Assembly (NCBI RefSeq): GCF_018350175.1
Contig: NC_058369.1
Coordinates: forward strand, 10,418,001 to 10,482,000
Origin: Felis catus
Taxonomy: Eukaryota
Direction of reading: 5' to 3'
DNA length: 64,000 nucleotides
The notes below the pieces were generated by a model that was given only the letters and a program-made list of their open reading frames with translations, had not been told where the DNA came from and ran no database searches. This document shows positions 62,701 to 64,000 of this stretch, piece by piece (positions within the stretch are counted from its first letter, which is position 1; every line of letters starts with the position of its first letter). Both the position numbers and the translations under genes were made by a program.

Positions 62701-63113
62701 AGGCCGTGGCGTTGACACATGAGGACTTTGGAGGGCACCACTGAGCACAGTCTGTGGGGGCAGAAGCTGTGGGGACCAAGACCACAGTCAGAAGCTTCAA
62801 GAAATGGAGGGAGCCAGCTGCCCGCTGGAGGTCCAGGAGTAGAGCGGGGGAGGAAGGAGAAGGATGGCTGCCATTGGAAGAGCTCAGAAAACTCTGCACA
62901 TGTAGGGAGGAAGAAAGAGCTTCTTTATACCCAGAAGGCCATCTGTGAGCCTCATTTGTGCAATAAGCTCCCTTCCCGTACCCCCTTATCGGTGAGAGAA
63001 CCCAGACCCCAGCATGCACTCCCCAGCTTATGTCACCAATGGGGCTGGCTGGGCAGACTTACCACTCAGTTTCTGTACAGGCCCTAGTGTCAACAGCAGC
63101 AGCACCAAGAGCC
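49430..63113 (-). CDS. Gene B: ADGRE2-like paralog with only 2 EGF domains + GAIN/GPS + 7TM, 5'-partial. Exons 5' to 3': 63113-63063, 62751-62632, 59152-58997, 57750-57704, 57561-57484, 57378-57201, 54411-54304, 54139-53919, 53728-53549, 52991-52794, 52505-52270, 51977-51911, 51488-51397, 50552-50384, 50298-50188, 49471-49430
   Basis: Exon sizes from EGF1 to the tail exon equal those of gene A; splice sites intact; 2054 nt spliced and open; stalk is EMR2-type, not EMR3-type. Confidence 0.88.
50188..50298 (-). CDS. Gene B cytoplasmic tail exon ([11 protein letters not shown]...DASKHSA)
   Basis: 111 nt, ctgcag/gtaaga. Confidence 0.9.
50384..50552 (-). CDS. Gene B TM6-TM7 exon
   Basis: 169 nt, near-identical to 23234-23402. 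Confidence 0.95.
51397..51488 (-). CDS. Gene B TM5b/ICL3 exon ([30 protein letters not shown])
   Basis: 92 nt, ctgcag/gtgagg. Confidence 0.92.
51911..51977 (-). CDS. Gene B ECL2/TM5a exon ([22 protein letters not shown])
   Basis: 67 nt, tcttag/gtgagt. Confidence 0.92.
52270..52505 (-). CDS. Gene B TM3-TM4 exon
   Basis: 236 nt, AG/GT. Confidence 0.95.
52794..52991 (-). CDS. Gene B TM1-TM2 exon
   Basis: 198 nt, mirror of 12507-12704. Confidence 0.95.
53549..53728 (-). CDS. Gene B GPS exon
   Basis: 180 nt, [19 protein letters not shown]. Confidence 0.95.
53919..54139 (-). CDS. Gene B GAIN exon
   Basis: 221 nt, mirror of 11359-11579. Confidence 0.92.
54304..54411 (-). CDS. Gene B GAIN exon
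   Basis: 108 nt, mirror of 11087-11194. Confidence 0.9.
54993..55285 (+). mobile_element. 5'-truncated young felid L1 3' end
   Basis: ...gagcactgggtgttgtatggaaaccaatttgacaataaa followed by an A-rich tail. Confidence 0.8.
57201..57378 (-). CDS. Gene B GAIN exon with GC donor
   Basis: 178 nt, [10 protein letters not shown]...NASAGT, AG|gcaagt. Confidence 0.88.
57484..57561 (-). CDS. Gene B stalk exon ([26 protein letters not shown])
   Basis: 78 nt, tcccag/gtaaat. Confidence 0.88.
57704..57750 (-). CDS. Gene B stalk exon ([16 protein letters not shown])
   Basis: 47 nt, ttgcag/gtgagt, in phase with EGF2. Confidence 0.88.
57843..57886 (-). pseudogene. Relic 3' fragment of the EGF5 exon in gene B ([14 protein letters not shown]), no acceptor
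   Basis: Aligns by eye to gene A 7280-7326 and continues into the homologous donor flank (ctggcctgacctgacc vs ctggtctgacctgacc); last Cys is now TGG. Confidence 0.8.
58997..59152 (-). CDS. Gene B EGF2 exon ([13 protein letters not shown]...ESENTCQ)
   Basis: 156 nt cbEGF, tttcag/gtaaga. Confidence 0.94.
59715..59929 (-). mobile_element. Can-SINE in gene B intron; others at ~54586 and ~55565 (+)
   Basis: Consensus head and GA tract. Confidence 0.88.
61235..62195 (+). mobile_element. L1 3' fragment in gene B EGF1-EGF2 intron, absent from gene A
   Basis: ORF2 C-terminal motifs [11 protein letters not shown]...[16 protein letters not shown]. Confidence 0.85.
62632..62751 (-). CDS. Gene B EGF1 exon ([20 protein letters not shown]...LENCD)
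   Basis: 120 nt, 6 Cys, AG/GT. Confidence 0.93.
63063..63113 (-). CDS. Gene B signal-peptide exon ([16 protein letters not shown])
   Basis: tttttctgccccag/gtaagt, 51 nt. Confidence 0.82.
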
Positions 63114-64000
63114 CTGGGGCAGAAAAACAGATGACAGAGGAGAGTCAAGGTCCCGTTTCAACCCCTGTCTGCCTGGTCATTGCCCCCTGGAGGGAGGCTC
63201 TCGTACCTTACACAGAACCAAGACACGGCCTGTCTGTCCCTCTCCCTGGACTCCCCCAGGAGTCAGTCAAGGACAACCACAGCCTTCGCGGAGCCTCGGG
63301 TGCTCTAGGTGAGGGGACAGAGTACACACAGGCAGCTGACATCAGGGATACAATATAGAAACCCCAACCTCTCCCAGTGGAGGGGAGTAAACCTTGAAGT
63401 AGAAAATCTTCAAATCCAGTGCCTTCCCCATAGGCAGGTTCTTTGTTCTCTGGTGACGGCAGAAATCTGCTTGGAGAAGGCCCTGCTCTGTCCTCTCTGG
63501 TGAGCGGGTGCCTTTTCTATTTCACATGGGGCACCCTATGGGAGGATGGTGTGGCCGGATGCTCTGTTCCCCACGTGTGGATGGCAGTGGCCCAAACCCT
63601 CTCTGTCTGTCAGCTCTGGTGCCCTCAGCTTTCCTGGGTGACTCCCAGATGGAGCAGGGACATCACAGCCACCTGAGTCCCAGCCTGAGGACTTGGACAA
63701 GTCCAGGGTGGGCCTTCCTGGGAGCCGAGTGCAGGGGAAATGCTGCGTTCCTGACCAGGACCTGTCATGGCATCCGGCGATGGCCTTTGTCCTGACTTCC
63801 CCAGGGTGGATCTCACTGCCTGCATAACCTTTAGAATCCTGGTGACCCTCTCAGGACATCACGCTCCCGTCCACGCTCACTCTGAGACTCCAGCTCTATG
63901 GACATGGACAAGTCCCACACTTGAGCCAGGACTTTCCAGCCAGGCTTGAGGGAAAGGGTCAGGAGAATGAAGGTCCTGCTGGATAGGCAGGGTCACCAGG

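Noticed and set aside
49430..63113. Gene B as ADGRE3/EMR3, which also has two EGF domains
   Set aside because: Its stalk and GAIN exons match gene A and EMR2 exon for exon, and an EGF5 relic shows descent from a 5-EGF gene

Overview
Mammalian genomic DNA, almost certainly a felid (many SINEC_Fc-type Can-SINEs and carnivore/felid L1s). The window holds two convergently transcribed (tail-to-tail) ADGRE2/EMR2-like EGF-TM7 adhesion GPCR genes; the ATG exon of each was not found and probably lies outside the window. Gene A (+, 164-28763, 19 coding exons seen) has the full 5-EGF architecture. Gene B (-, 63113-49430, 16 coding exons seen) has only EGF1-2, because a ~1.47 kb genomic deletion fused the intron before EGF3 to the middle of the EGF5 exon. 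Both spliced frames are open and keep the GPS HL|S site and the Stachel sequence SSFAVLM. The paralogs are a patchwork of near-identical tracts (introns included) and clearly diverged blocks, which suggests gene conversion between inverted arms. Both lack the cysteines equivalent to human C328 and C492. The ~20 kb spacer contains a full-length decayed L1 with an apparent 3' transduction, an 890 bp TSD-flanked polyadenylated insert of unknown source, an LTR and dense SINEs. Exon coordinates were read by eye from splice sites; comparisons with human and dog ADGRE2 are from memory and need an alignment. Most ORFs in the supplied track are spurious.
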